Origin: Mobula hypostoma
Lineage: Eukaryota
Assembly (NCBI RefSeq): GCF_963921235.1
Contig: NC_086108.1
Span: 49,416,001-49,480,000, forward strand
Direction of reading: 5' to 3'
Length of the DNA stretch: 64,000 bases
In this document: in pieces, positions 13,422-26,030 of the stretch
Layout: each line of letters begins with the position of its first letter
How positions within the stretch are numbered: position 1 is the stretch's first letter
Made by a program: the position numbers and the translations under genes
The notes under the pieces: generated by a model
The model's database searches: none
The model's input: the letters and a program-made list of their open reading frames with translations, nothing else
Told to the model about the DNA's origin: nothing

Positions 13422-14264
13422 AGAAGAGTCTATAGAATACTTACTTGACATGGGGTCTAATTAGCATAATCATGTGAATTCAAGGATATTGAGGAGGAGA
13501 GATGTTTGTGATCCCCCATTTATATTAGGTCTAGTGCAGAGTCTGTTTACACATAATTTATATATACCATTCTTTGAAAGATCCAATAAAAAGGATGCTT
13601 TTCCCAAAAGACAAATTGGCCAAGATTTTGCACCAGTAGTGCTCTGCAGAATCCAATCCCCAATGGGTTGACTGAAAAATCCATAAAAGCAATGAACATA
13701 GTACTTAGTGACAACACTGTTGCCGAGAACTGTGACATTTGGGTCAATAAATTCCATTAAACTATTGCTGTTTGTGAAAGTAGCACTAGCACACATTTCA
13801 GAAAGCTAGTAGAAGTCACCAGATAAGACACTGATTTTAAAGTCCTAATCGTATATTTAGATTTATTACTTAATCCAGTATTTAGCTTATATCCCAATAG
13901 CAGGTTGAGTAGCAACGAATTTATGACTCTTGTTGGTGAACTGTCTTTAATTGCATATGTGGATAATCTTGTTCTGTAACCCCTCGACACGCATTTTGCG
14001 TGCATTGTTAAATGTATTATTTTAAATGAAGGGTAAAATATGAGGATAATAGTAGTCCTGTCATTAAAAAATTTCTTCTTTCCATCATAATGTTAACTAG
14101 AATTGTGTGCCATTATCTCCACAAAAAATTTAAAAAAATAGTTGAAGTAATTGTTTCTGGGATAATGTGCAGTTTGGAGTAGTTAGTTAACCTTATATTT
14201 TTTCAGTGCAATGACTAACATTACTCTCCGAAGTGAAGGGCCTAATTTCAGTTCTCTGTTTCAG

Positions 14265-14407
14265 GTGTGAGTGCAATCCCATTGGTTCTGTTAATGGACA
14301 GTGCGACTCCCAAAATGGGCAGTGTGAATGCCAGCCTGGTGTTGTTGGTCGGCAGTGTGATACTTGTGAGCCTAATCATTTTGGATTTAGTCGGGATGGA
14401 TGCAAAC
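14265..14407 (+). CDS. lamc1: laminin gamma-1 exon (exon 16 equivalent, 143 nt)
   Basis: tttcag acceptor, gtaagt donor; CECNPIGSVNGQCDSQNGQCECQPGVVGRQCDTCEPNHFGFSRDGCK. Confidence 0.96.
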
Positions 14408-14497
14408 GTAAGTGCAAAAATTGCTTAACAAGTTTTAGAATAAATTATCAATTGTCAGCTCTTTAGAGAAATGTATGTAAATTTTCTCCTCCTATAG

Positions 14498-14676
14498 CCT
14501 GCGACTGTGACCCTGAAGGTTCTAAATCGCGACAATGCAAGGAAGATGGAAAATGTGATTGTAAGGAAGGGTTTGTGGGTGCTCATTGTGATCAGTGTGA
14601 AGAAAATTACTTTTATAATCGCACAAGGCCTGGTTGCCAGGAGTGCCCTGCCTGCTACAGACTGGTGCAAGATAAG
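14498..14676 (+). CDS. lamc1: laminin gamma-1 exon (exon 17 equivalent, 179 nt), last LE repeat and start of coiled coil
   Basis: cctatag acceptor after a 90-nt intron, gtagga donor; PCDCDPEGSKSRQCKEDGKCDC...CEENYFYNRTRPGCQECPACYRLVQDK. Confidence 0.96.
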
Positions 14677-16224
14677 GTAGGAATCACAGTTTTGTATTTG
14701 TTTATCATATTATTTTATGATCCATTGTCTTGTGAATAAAATCAGAGGTTGCCTCAATTTGTTCTTGTCTTTTCCTATCTTTCCTGCCAGATCATCAGCC
14801 ACTATTTGAAAATCAAACTGAGAACTTGTATATAATCTAGGCTACGGAGTGACTTGCTTAACACTTTTTTCTTGGGTTTGACTCCCAACGCTGTCCAGAT
14901 ATTGGTTTTGGCTTTCATGGTTGGATTCTTTTAGTCGACACAATCTACATACAGCCTCTAAATTGATGCTGTCACTTGAAAGATTTACAGAATCGATACT
15001 CTCTGATGCTGGGACTTCCATAAACCTAAGGTGAAAGTGAAATCAAGGTTACTGAGTTCCTCAGGCTAACAGTTGAATTTTGATACCAGATGGTGGCCTA
15101 TACCCCAAATCATTAAATGTCCCATCATGTTAAATCTACTGTGGATCCTTTCTTCCCTTAAGGCACCTATTCTAATTTACACTGTTGTAAAGTCTTAGGA
15201 ACCATTATGAAACTGATATAATTTCTGGGAAAAGAGCCAGCTTTGGTTAGCACTAGCTCAGTGGTTATGCAAATATGAAATAGAGGTTTTTTCCCCTACC
15301 TAGGTTAAACTAGTGAACTCACAAATTGAAGATAAACAGAAAGTGAAATAATGAATTAAATAAAACAAGCTATTTAAGTAGTAAGTATGATTTTATTGAA
15401 AATGAATTAAGTGCTTTCAAATATTGACTATTATGGAAGAATCCAAGAGCATCTAAATTAGGGGCCTTGTTAGCCTCAGCTCCCCAATGCTGTTTCCCAC
15501 TTCCTACCTCACACAGACTCTGTCTTTCCCCAGCACAATGGGAGATCTGCAGCCTCACTTGTTCCACTTCAGGGAAGGTTAACACTGAGGCATGAATATA
15601 TATAATCATAACTCATAAATTCAGTAACATATTCAGAAAATATACAGTATGTTTAGAATGAGTGATTAAGATGTAGAATTAGATGTTGTTGAGGTAACAT
15701 TGTATTTAACAGAAAGCCCGTGAAAAACCTAAGATTAGAATGATGCTGATAGACTTAGGAAGCACGTGCACTGTAGAACAGTCATAGAAAGCATGAATGT
15801 GCTGAAAATCTTGTTTCTTTACTGTGAATCTGCAAGCTGCAATTTGCTGCCATTATACTTTGATGTTGTTTCCTTAGTAAGTCTAAATAAATCTTTTCAT
15901 AGAATTTGACACCGTGAGTCAGTCTCAGAAAACTAAAATAAAAGTTTCTGTACTTTAATGGATAGTGTGAAAACAGCCTTCACAGCCGAATAACTGGTTG
16001 TAGCAAAGGAAGGAAAGAATTGTATATGAAACTAAACTTGCTATCATAATGACATTCAGTTACCTGACCACAGATTATAAGTGAATAAGAACAAGCAGGC
16101 AAGCATGTTGAAATTTGTAAAAACTTGTTTGTTAGTAAATCCAGATAAAGCAAAAACAACTGTTTATCTTTTTTAAAATAGATATTTTTAACTTTAATCA
16201 GTAATTCAATCACAAAAAGCTGAA

Positions 16225-19200
16225 GCCAGCGACATTTCCTTAAGGACAAATCTTGCCTGACAATTCTGTTGGAATTCTTTGAGGAAGTAACAGGCAGGAT
16301 AGACAGGGAAGAATCACCGAGATTGCCAAACAAGAGCTCATAGTATTACAGGAGCAATACCAGCATGGCCACAGAAGATGTGTGACAGCATGGCCATAGT
16401 CCCAAAGAGACACCAAATTGCATAGAGGGAGAGAGAGTTTAAAAGAAATGAGTGTGGACAGTCGGCACTTTTTGCACACCACAGTTCCCGAGGAGACATT
16501 GGATTGTGCATAATTAGGCACTTAGCAAAGACCAATAAAAAGAATTTAGGTTTAAGCGGAGCAGCCATTGTGTAGTGATAGAGGATTTGTTGGTTAGGGG
16601 AACAGAAAATAAGTTCAGTGGACAAGAATGGAATTCCGAAATGGTTTGTTGCCTCCCGGATACCAGTGTCAGGGACATCTCAGATTGAATCCACAGCATT
16701 CGTAAGTGTGAGAGTGAGCAGCCAGAATTCATGGCCCAGGTTGGTACTAATGACAGAGATAGGATGGGTGATGAGGTCCTGCAAAATGAGTTAATGAGTT
16801 CAGGCAGTTAGTTACTAAGTTAAAGGACAGGGCCTCCAGGGTGCTACCCATGCCATATGCCAGAAAGGGCAAAACACATGGTTCAACTTAATATCAGAGA
16901 ATGTATACAGTATACAACTTTTTGTGAAACAAGAAACGTTAAAGAATGAATGAGAGAGACATCAGAACCCCAGATCTACCCTTCCCTCCAACACACAGGT
17001 AGCTGCCGAAGCACCGACCCTCCTCCTCTCTCTCCCCACACTTGCACCAGCGAAGCACTGACCTTACCCCTCCCCACCGTGCAAGCAATGGTCAAAGCCC
17101 CCAAAGTGACATTGATCTAGAGTCCATCAAAAACTACAGTCCACAACCCAGCACCTCAGTATCTCAGACAGGTTCGAAAGGGGTCACTGTCCTGCAACAA
17201 GAGCAGAGATCAGCAATTCGCTGTTCCGATGTCGCTTCTCCGGGCCCCCTGACTTAGGGACTGACGGTCGTCGAGAGAGGGAGGGATCACTCGAGTACAG
17301 AGGCCTTCTTCTGACTGCCTGCTGCCCTGATGGTTCAGTCTCCCACAGTGCTTCAGTCAGCGGCACCGACGATGAACCGGGTCATCCGTGGGGGCGCTCC
17401 CTGAAGACACACGTCTTCCACGGTACTCATGGAGATAGCGAACTGCCAGCCTGCACATTGTGAAGAACTGTAGTTTGAACTGTAAATCACAGGCTCCAAC
17501 AGCATCCTAACCACCTTGAAAAGAAACAAAAGATGTAAGAGAAGAAGAATAAGCCAGGGATGTGATATCAGGATTGATGACCATGCCATGTGTTAATGGG
17601 AAGATCATACAGTTTAACACTTGACCAAAAAGATGATGCAGGAGGAAGGGCTTCATGCTTTTGGATCATTGGGCTTCCTTCCAGGTGGGACCTCAACAGA
17701 AGAGACAGTTTGCACCTGAACTGGAGGGAGGCTAACATGCTGCATGTGGGGGGTTTAAACTAGAGTTGCAGGGGGATGGGAACCAGAGTGCTTCGACAGA
17801 TGATGGAGAGGTTGAGAAGAAAGATGTTGGTAAGTCCTCAGACAAAGTCAGTAATCACAAGGTCGAACACAGTGGGACTAATATTGTGACCTGTGTATAT
17901 TTCAGTGAAAGGCGGATGAGTATGGGGCATGGATCAGCGTGTGGAATTATGACATTATAGCCATTAGTGAGACACAGTTTTTGAAAGAGCAGGACTGGCA
18001 GCCCAATGTTTTGGGGTTTCCTTGTTTTAGATGTGATGGAGCAAGAGTGATTAAAGGGGAACAGATGGCATTACTAGCCAGGGAAAATGTCATGGAAGTG
18101 CTCCATCAGGACAGACTGGAGAGGCTTTATGGGTAGGACTGAGGAATAAGAAAGATATGATCATATTAATAAGATTATATTATAGACCACCCAACAGTCT
18201 GCAGGATTTGGAGGAGTATGTTTGTAGAGAGATCGCAGACTGTTGCAAAGAACACAAGGTTGTGAAAATAAGTGATTTTAACTTCCCACATATTGACTGG
18301 GACTCCCATACTGTAAAATGGCAGGATGGGAAAGTGTTTGTCAAATGTGTTCAGGAAAATTTCCTTAACTAAGCAGTATGTACAATTCCCAATGAGGGAG
18401 AGTGTGATATTTAATCTGATATTAGGCAATGAGACAGAGCAGGTGACAGAAGTTTGTGTGAAGGAACACTTTGCATCTAGTGATCATAATGCCATTATTT
18501 CAAGGTAATAAGGAAGAAGGATAAGTCTAGTCCTGGGGTTGAGATTCTAAATCGAAGGAAGGCCAATTTTGATGGTATCAGAAAGGATTTGGCAAGTGTA
18601 GATGGTAAGTTCTTTTCTGGCAGCAGTGCTCTTGTGAGTAGTAAGCAGTGAGTAGGACTTCAGAAGTGAAATTTTGAGAGTACAGAGATTATATTTTCCT
18701 GTCAGAATAAAAGGCAAGGATAACAGGTTTGGGGAACCTTGGTATTTGAGAGATATTGAGGCCCTGGTGAAGAAAGAGGAGGAGGTGCAGAGCAGGTATG
18801 GTCAGGCAGAAACACATGAGGTACTTGAGTATAAGAAATGCAAGAGAACACTTAAGGGAATCAGGAGGGCTAAAAGAAGGCATGAGGTTTCTCTAGCAGA
18901 CAAGGTGAAGGAGAATACTAAGGGCTTCTACAGATACATTAAGAGCAAAATAATAACAAGGGACAAAATTACTCCGTTGGAAGATTAGAGTGGTAGTCTA
19001 CGTATGAAGCCAAATGAGATGGGGGAGACCTTAAATGGATTTTTTGATTCTGTATTTACTATGGAGATGGGCTCAAAGTCCATAGATAAGAGGCAATGCA
19101 GCAGTGACATCATGGACCCTGTACAAATTACGGAGGAGGAGGTGTTTACTGTCTTGATGCAAATTAGGATGGATACGTCCCCAGGACCTGACAAAGTGTT

Positions 19201-19660
19201 TCCTCGGACCCTATGGCAGGCTAGTATAGAAAAGTTGATGAAAGCAAGGCAGTGATTTTAGCAAAGTATTTGACAAGGTCACGAATGGGAGTTTGGTTAA
19301 GAATTTTCAGATGTTTGTCATTTAAGATGAAGTAGTAAATTGGATAAACCGTTGAATTTGCAGAAGAAGCCAGAGAGTTGTTGTAGATGGTTGTTTCTCT
19401 GACTTCAGGCCCGTGGCTAGTGCTATGCCGCAGGGATCGGTGCTTTGTGTTTGTCATCCATATCAACAATCTGGATGATAATGTATTAAACTGGATCAGC
19501 AAATTTGCAGATGGCACCAATGTTGGGGGAGCAATAGACAGTGAGGAAAACTATCAAATCTTGCAGTGGGATCTGGACCGGCTGGAAAAATGCACTGAAA
19601 AATGGCAGGGTGAATTTATTGTAGACAGGTATGAAGTGGACCAACCAGGGTAGGTCCAAT
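16225..19660 (+). mobile_element. CR1-like LINE pieces: short RT fragment, then a long copy (ORF1 esterase end, APE endonuclease, RT) interrupted at ~16880-17580
   Basis: KSCLT..EFFEEVT-coding fragment at ~16248; GTND motif at ~16743; YYRPPN, DFNFPHIDW, SSDHNAI, SPGPD and WISKFAD motifs; many stops. Confidence 0.85.
16880..17580 (-). mobile_element. non-autonomous retroposon nested in CR1 ORF1
   Basis: Same tail as 63190 (cttaatatcagagaatgtatacagtataca) with a GC-rich non-coding body; CR1 sequence resumes after it with a partial ccatgccat duplication. Confidence 0.6.
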
Positions 19661-19714
19661 TTTGGTCACATACCTATGGGAAAGATGGAAATAAGATTGA
19701 AAGAGTCCGTGCCA

Positions 19715-20685
19715 AAACCATTTAACTGCCTACTCCCATTGATCTGCTCCATGACCATTGCCCTCTATATCCCTGCTATCAATGTACGTATCCAAACTTC
19801 TGTTAAATGTTGAAATCAAGCTCGCATGCACCACTTGTGCTGGCAGCTCACTCCACACACTCATGACCTTCTGAGTGAAGAAGTTTTCCCTCATGTTTCC
19901 CAGAAACTTCTCACCTTTCAGCCGTAACCAATGACCTCTGGTTGTGGTCCCACCCAAATTCAGTGGAAAAAAACCTGCTTGCTTTTACCCTATCTTTACC
20001 TCTCAAAATTTAGTATGCTTCTATCACATCTCCTCTCAGTCTCCTACGTTCTAAAGAATATAGACCTAACCTTTTTAATCTTCCTTATAACTCAGGCCCT
20101 CCAGACCTGGCAACATCCTTATGAATTTTCTCTGCACTCTTTCAACCTTGTTTACATCTTTCCTGTAGGTGGGTGACCAAAACTACATACGATACTCCAA
20201 GTGAGGCCTCACCAGCATCTTGTATAACATCCCACCTCCTGTACTCTATACATAGATTTCTGGAAGCCAGAGCGAAAACCTTTTTTTCTGACCCTTTCTA
20301 CATTCCCAGATCCCTTTGTTCTACCGTGCTCCTCAGTGCCCTACTGTTCACTGTGTAGAACCAACCCTGGTTCTATCAAAGTGCAAGACCTCACACCTGT
20401 CTGCATTAAATTCCATCTGCCTTTTTTCCAGCTGATGCAGATCCCTCTGCAAGCCATGATACCCTTCCTCACTGTCCACTACACCCCCTTGTCTTGGTGT
20501 CATCCGCAAATTTGCTGATCTCGTTAACCACATTATCATCCAGATCATTGATATAGATGACAAACAGCAAAAGACCTGGTGGCACATCAGCATTCCCAGG
20601 GTTCCAGTCAGTGAAGCAACCCTCTACGACCACTCTCTGCTTCTCCCACAAAGCCAATGTCTAATCCAATTTACCTCATACTGAA
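19715..20685 (-). mobile_element. CR1-like LINE 3' fragment
   Basis: YINDLDDNVVNEISKFADDTK and TRGHWLRLKGEKF on the minus strand. Confidence 0.85.
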
Positions 20686-20694
20686 TGCTGCATT

Positions 20695-21282
20695 TATTTC
20701 AACTGGACTAGAATATAAAAGCAAGGATGTAATTTTGAGGCTTTATAAGGCAGTGATCAGAACAAATTTGAAGTATTGAGAGATGTTTTGGGCCTCATTT
20801 CTAAAAAAGGGTGTGCTGGCATTGCAAAGGCCCAGATGAGGTTTGTGAGAATGATTCTGGGATGATGAGGAGTGCTTGATGGCTCTGGGCCTGTATTCAC
20901 AGACGTTTAGAAGAATGAGGGGGATCTCAATGAAATCTACCAAAGTTAAAAGGCCTAGATAGAGTGGACATGGAGTTGAGGACCAGAGACAACAGGCTCA
21001 GTGTAGAGGGGGGTCTCCAAAAAACAGAGATGAGGTGGAATTTCTTTAGCCAGAGGATGGTGAATCTGTAGAATTTGTTACCACCGACGGCCGTAGAAGT
21101 TAAGTCATTAGTATATTTAAAGCAAAGGTTGATCGGCTCTTGATTAGCAAGGCCATCAAAGATTATGGGGTGAGAAAGCTGGAGAAAGTGAATTAGATGG
21201 AAGATAAGTCAGTCAGGATCGAATGGCAGAGCAGAATTAATGTGCTGAATAGCTTAATTCTACTCCTGTATCTTATGGTCTT
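20695..21282 (+). mobile_element. CR1-like LINE 3' end
   Basis: ctgggcctgtattca..tttagaagaatgaggggg body; ctactcctgtatcttatggtct tail. Confidence 0.8.
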
Positions 21283-21284
21283 GT

Positions 21285-22215
21285 GTCTCATCAGGAGATC
21301 ACGGTTAGTTAGGATCGGAAATAACATCTCCTTGTTGTCAATCAACATTGGTGCACCTCAAGTGTATGGACATATCCCACTGCTGTACTCTCTCTCAGCA
21401 CATCTCAAATGCCATATATACAAACTGTTTGTAAATTTGGCCATGACACAGCTATTGTTGGCAGAATTTCAGATGCTGATGAGGAGGCATATGGAGTGAG
21501 ATCGATCATCTGGTTGAGTGGTGCTGCAACAACAACCTTGCACTCAACATTAGTAAGACCAAGGAATTGATTGTGGACTTCAGGAAAGGAAGTCCAGGGA
21601 AAGACACACCAGTCCTCATTGAAGGATCAGCGGTGGAAAGAGTGAGCAGTTTCAAATTCCTGGGTGTCAGCATCTTTGAAGATTTATCCGGGGCTGAACA
21701 AATTGATACAATCACAAAGAAGGCACGACAATGGATACATTTCATTTGGCGTTTGAGGTGACTTGGTATGTCACCAAAGACACGCAAGTTTTTGCAGATG
21801 TACTGTGGAGATTATTCTAACTGGTATCATCACCATCTGGTATGGAGGAGCCTTTGTACAGGATCAGAAAAAGCTGCAGAAAGTCGTAAACTTAGCCAGC
21901 TTCATCACGGGCTCTAGCCTTCTCGGCATCCAGGACACCTTCAAAAAGGCAGCATCCATCATTCTGGACCCCCATCATCCAGATGTGCCCTCTTCTTATT
22001 GCAATTTTGAAGGAGGTGGTACAGGAGCCTGAAGACACACACTAAGTGTTTCAGGAACAGCTTCTTCCCCTCTGCCATTAGATTTCTTGCTAGATTTTTC
22101 TTTTATTGCTCTGTTTTTGTACTACTTATTTAATTCATATATAAATATATATACTGCTGCAGCGAAACAACAGATTTCACAACATATGCCAAATATATTC
22201 AACCTGATGCTGATT
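21285..22215 (+). mobile_element. Rex1/Babar-like LINE RT 3' fragment
   Basis: GAPQ, IVDFRK and ERVSSFKFLGV motifs; homologous to the 29205-30985 element. Confidence 0.8.
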
Positions 22216-22285
22216 ATGGCAACTTTTTTTTTAGCAATGTACTTATTTTCGTGCAGCAGGTTTGACCTAAGTTGATAAGTTTTAG

Positions 22286-22520
22286 CTAACACACACACAA
22301 TGTTGGAGGAACTCAGCAGGTCAGGCAGCATCTATGGAAATGAATAAATCATTGATGTTTCAGGCCGAGACCCTTCTTCAAGAGGGCCTGAGACGTTAAC
22401 TATTTATTCATTTCCGTAGATGCTGCCTGACCTGCTGAGTTCTTCCAGCATTGTGTGTGTGTGTGTGTGTGTGTGTGTTGCTTTGGATTTCCACCATCTG
22501 CAGATTTCCTCATGTTTACA
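22286..22520. mobile_element. Penelope-derived inverted terminal repeat pair (hairpin) with (TG)13
   Basis: Arms ~22289-22366 and ~22385-22462 are reverse complements and match the Penelope 3' end at 41580-41697; flanked by aagttttag at 22277-22285 and 22521-22529. Confidence 0.8.
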
Positions 22521-22585
22521 AAGTTTTAGGTGACTTTTTTTTTGATTGGCTGAGCAACTGTATTTCATTTTCATGACATGTTCAG

Positions 22586-22742
22586 GTAAATGAACATAGA
22601 CAGAAACTTAAGGACTTGGAAGATCTAATTGCAAACCTTGGGACAAGCCAGGACACAGTGAGTGACAAGGCCTTTGAAGAGAGATTGAAGGAAGCTGAAA
22701 GAACCATTGTGGACCTATTGCGGGATGCTGAAGACATGAGAG
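22586..22742 (+). CDS. lamc1: laminin gamma-1 exon (exon 18 equivalent, 157 nt), coiled coil
   Basis: ttcag acceptor, gtatgt donor; VNEHRQKLKDLEDLIANLGTSQDTVSDKAFEERLKEAERTIVDLLRDAEDMR. Confidence 0.95.
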
Positions 22743-23719
22743 GTATGTATTTTATCTAACATCTTGATATTAATAGCAGAATTACAAGCTTCAGTAAAGT
22801 TTATAGAACTTGATTATTGCAATTATGTAATAAATTAGAAACTTACATCCCTCTTGCTGTAAGTGATTTAGTTGTAAAGAAATCACCATCTGAAAAATCT
22901 TAAAATATTTAATTGCAGCTACTCATGATAAATACAGAAATGGCACATATGGATTATTGAATTATAAATGGGGATATTGTATTTTGCGAAGATCTGGGGC
23001 ATGTGGAGATCACATCCTCAGAAACACTTGCATCACATTAGCTAAGGAGACGCTTTATTCTGACTTCTGTATATTCCCATTGATTATTGATATTGTCTTT
23101 GTTCATAAAAAAGGACCACCACTTTGCAAAATATTTTTAGGCTGTCTTCAACAAGGTGAGGTATTTATTAATCTGAATCACAACAGAGAAGTAAAGGAGA
23201 ATAAAATATTCAAGATGGTACGATAGAAAGGGAAACAGTTCATCATAAATGAATTTCACGATTGCTTAAAAGTGATGGGTCTTTTTAGAATGCTGGAAAT
23301 TCTTGTTAAGCATGAATTTTCTGTGGGAAAGTTGCAATTTTTCAACAGCAAAAATATCTTATTGGACTGCAGAAATTTCAGGCAGATTTAAAGCAGTAAA
23401 ATTATTTATTGAATAGCATTTGTAACACCATTATTCAGACTTGTGTTGCAGCTTGTTTAATGTTTAAGCTTTGTCAATTTGGCATGCCATCCATGATGTA
23501 TTATTTGTGAGAATCAGTCTGTATTTTTGTTTTCCTTGCTCAGCTAGGAATGATTTGTGGTTTACCTCTGAATTAATTGCTTTACATTTATCTGCATTGA
23601 ATCTTCATAGTGTATGGTACAGTTTTTTTTTAATGCCCAATTTACTATTTGTTCAGACAAAGCAAAATTACACACGTTGCAAAATTTTACCCAAATAATT
23701 TCATGGAATTTTTTGACAG

Positions 23720-23925
23720 ATGTCGACAAAAGTCTCATGGACCGCTTGGCAGAAATTAATAACACACTGTCTACTCAGTGGGGACGCCTGCAAAATATAC
23801 AGAATACAGTAAATAATACTGAAGTCTTGGCTGAGCAATCCAATAGGCGTATACAGGATGCAGAGAAAGTGATTTCAAATGCACGAAAGGAGCTTGAAAA
23901 GGCCAAGAAAGCCATAGCAAATGTG
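23720..23925 (+). CDS. lamc1: laminin gamma-1 exon (exon 19 equivalent, 206 nt)
   Basis: ttttgacag acceptor, gtaggt donor; DVDKSLMDRLAEINNTLSTQWGRLQNIQNTV...KAKKAIANV. Confidence 0.95.
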
Positions 23926-25950
23926 GTAGGTATTTATGTGCAAATAACTTTGAATAACACTGAAGCAAAGTGCAAGTTCATGAATGGGCAATTCTTGCTT
24001 CATCTTAACACTTAGTTAAACATTTTATAGGCTAAGCTTTAAAATTTATTCTGATGCCTGCATATTTAATATCAAGTCAAAGCGGGCATTTACATTATGA
24101 AAATAAAAGTTCACTTTTTTCCTATGCTTCCACTTTCTTTTCAGGCTGTTCGCAATATTAGCCAGTTAAATATTTTCAGCAGCATTTTTTGTGAGTGAAA
24201 GTGTCTGTCAGATGGCTGAACTTGGTTGGATATTCTTAAACCATATGTGATATGTCATGAATGATTAATTTTATTATTCTAGCCCATAAACATGTAGCAT
24301 ATGATACATTGTACTGATTTCTGATTGGATTGATATGAGATGCAGTGTCTTGCCTAATTATTCCATGTCATTTGATTTTTACAAGTAACATCCAAGTGAT
24401 AGACATGATTAGTTTTGCCAGTAGCACTGTGTTTTTCCATTCTGGGAAATCTGTGTATGTATTTTGGGTATTCATTAGATGAACTGAGTTGTATTTTGAT
24501 TGAAGCATTTCAGAAACAAAATTATTTTTCTGCTTGAATTCTCCCATTATTTACCACGAATGTACTTCCAAACAAAGTTGTATAGCCTTTGACTTGTCCT
24601 TTCATCTGTTTTTTTTTCCCCTCAATGCACTGTCAGGGCAGCTAGAGAATTACAGTTGAAGGTACTGATATAAACTTTGTGCACAAACTCTTAATTTTCC
24701 ATATAGTAGAAGTGTTCCTCTGAATCCTCTTAAATGTGTAACCATTCATTTAAAAAGTTGCTACCAACAGAGTGCAAAACTATGACAATTTGCAAAGGAA
24801 CAATAAACTGCATGCATAGGTTGCAGTGTGATCAACTGGCAGTTGGATAACATCTTGGAAAGCCAATGGCATTACTGAAACAGCTGCATGATACATTTAG
24901 AATGCCAGCCTTGTGGACACGGCACATTGAGAGTGGGGCTTCAACAGCAAACTCCATTATATAACAATGTCCTGGAAGCAGAACAGGTACCATGGGCAAA
25001 ACCATCCCTGTGATGATACTAAACAAGAGAAAAGGGTCAAGTATAAAAATATTGTTGGAAATTAACAGATACTCATACTCAAGATCTGGCCATTAAACTA
25101 GAAATGCAAAATTCTGGACTGTTATTAAAAAGGCTGTAAAGCTATTGTTTTCCAGAGAACTGGTTGGTTCCACTTTAATCTCTGAAAGAAAACATTACAT
25201 ACATCCTCTACCTTCAAAAACTATCATCCTTTGCGCTCAGTTTTACGTGAGAATTCACGAAGCTTACATCGTTGTTGCAATACACAAAAAAAAATGTGGT
25301 TCCTGGGAGGGGAGTTGGGGGCAGGAATAGTAATTCAACTAGTCTTGCTGTTTGCCCAGGCTGGTTGTTGGTGCCCTGGATCCCAAGGTCAGTCAGTCAG
25401 AGGAAATTGACTTCTTGTGTTGAGTTGTCAGTCACAGCTTTTCTCACTGTTTCTCACAGCTTTTCTCACTGCTTCTCCAAGCTACAACTGTGCTTCATGA
25501 TAAACTAGTTTGTGATATCTCTGGCAGCTCCATTTAAGGAATTGTGGCTTTCCCAGCCCCAAGACCTTCGTTGATATTGTTAGGGGAAAATGGGCACTCT
25601 GAATTGATGTCAAATGGGACAGCCAGCACCTTTCAGGCCGGTGAAGTTCCAATCAATGTGGGACCAATGACAACCCCACTAACATCTGATCCAGTCAACT
25701 CTGCAGCCTATGTTTATGTGGAAGTAAGACTGTCTTTTCATTCTTTTTATAGAGAGAATAGATTGGGCACTCCATGTCATGTGGATGCTCCTGGCCTAAT
25801 CTATGATGATAGCAACTTCTTGTATGTCTCTGGATTAAAGTAAAAAAATACTTTATTGTTGCCAAAGAGGGGTTAAGTATTCTAAAGGCATTGCTTGATG
25901 TGCAGCAAGTACTCCCGGATGGTAAATTGATTATTCTTCTTATTCTGTAG

Positions 25951-26030
25951 TCAGCAACAATGCCAGATTCCAGTGCTGATCCAAATAATATGACACTCCT
26001 AGCAGAAGAAGCTCGTAATCTTGCAGAAAG
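25951..26030 (+). CDS. lamc1: laminin gamma-1 exon (exon 20 equivalent, 80 nt)
   Basis: ttctgtag acceptor, gtaaac donor; SATMPDSSADPNNMTLLAEEARNLAE. Confidence 0.94.
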
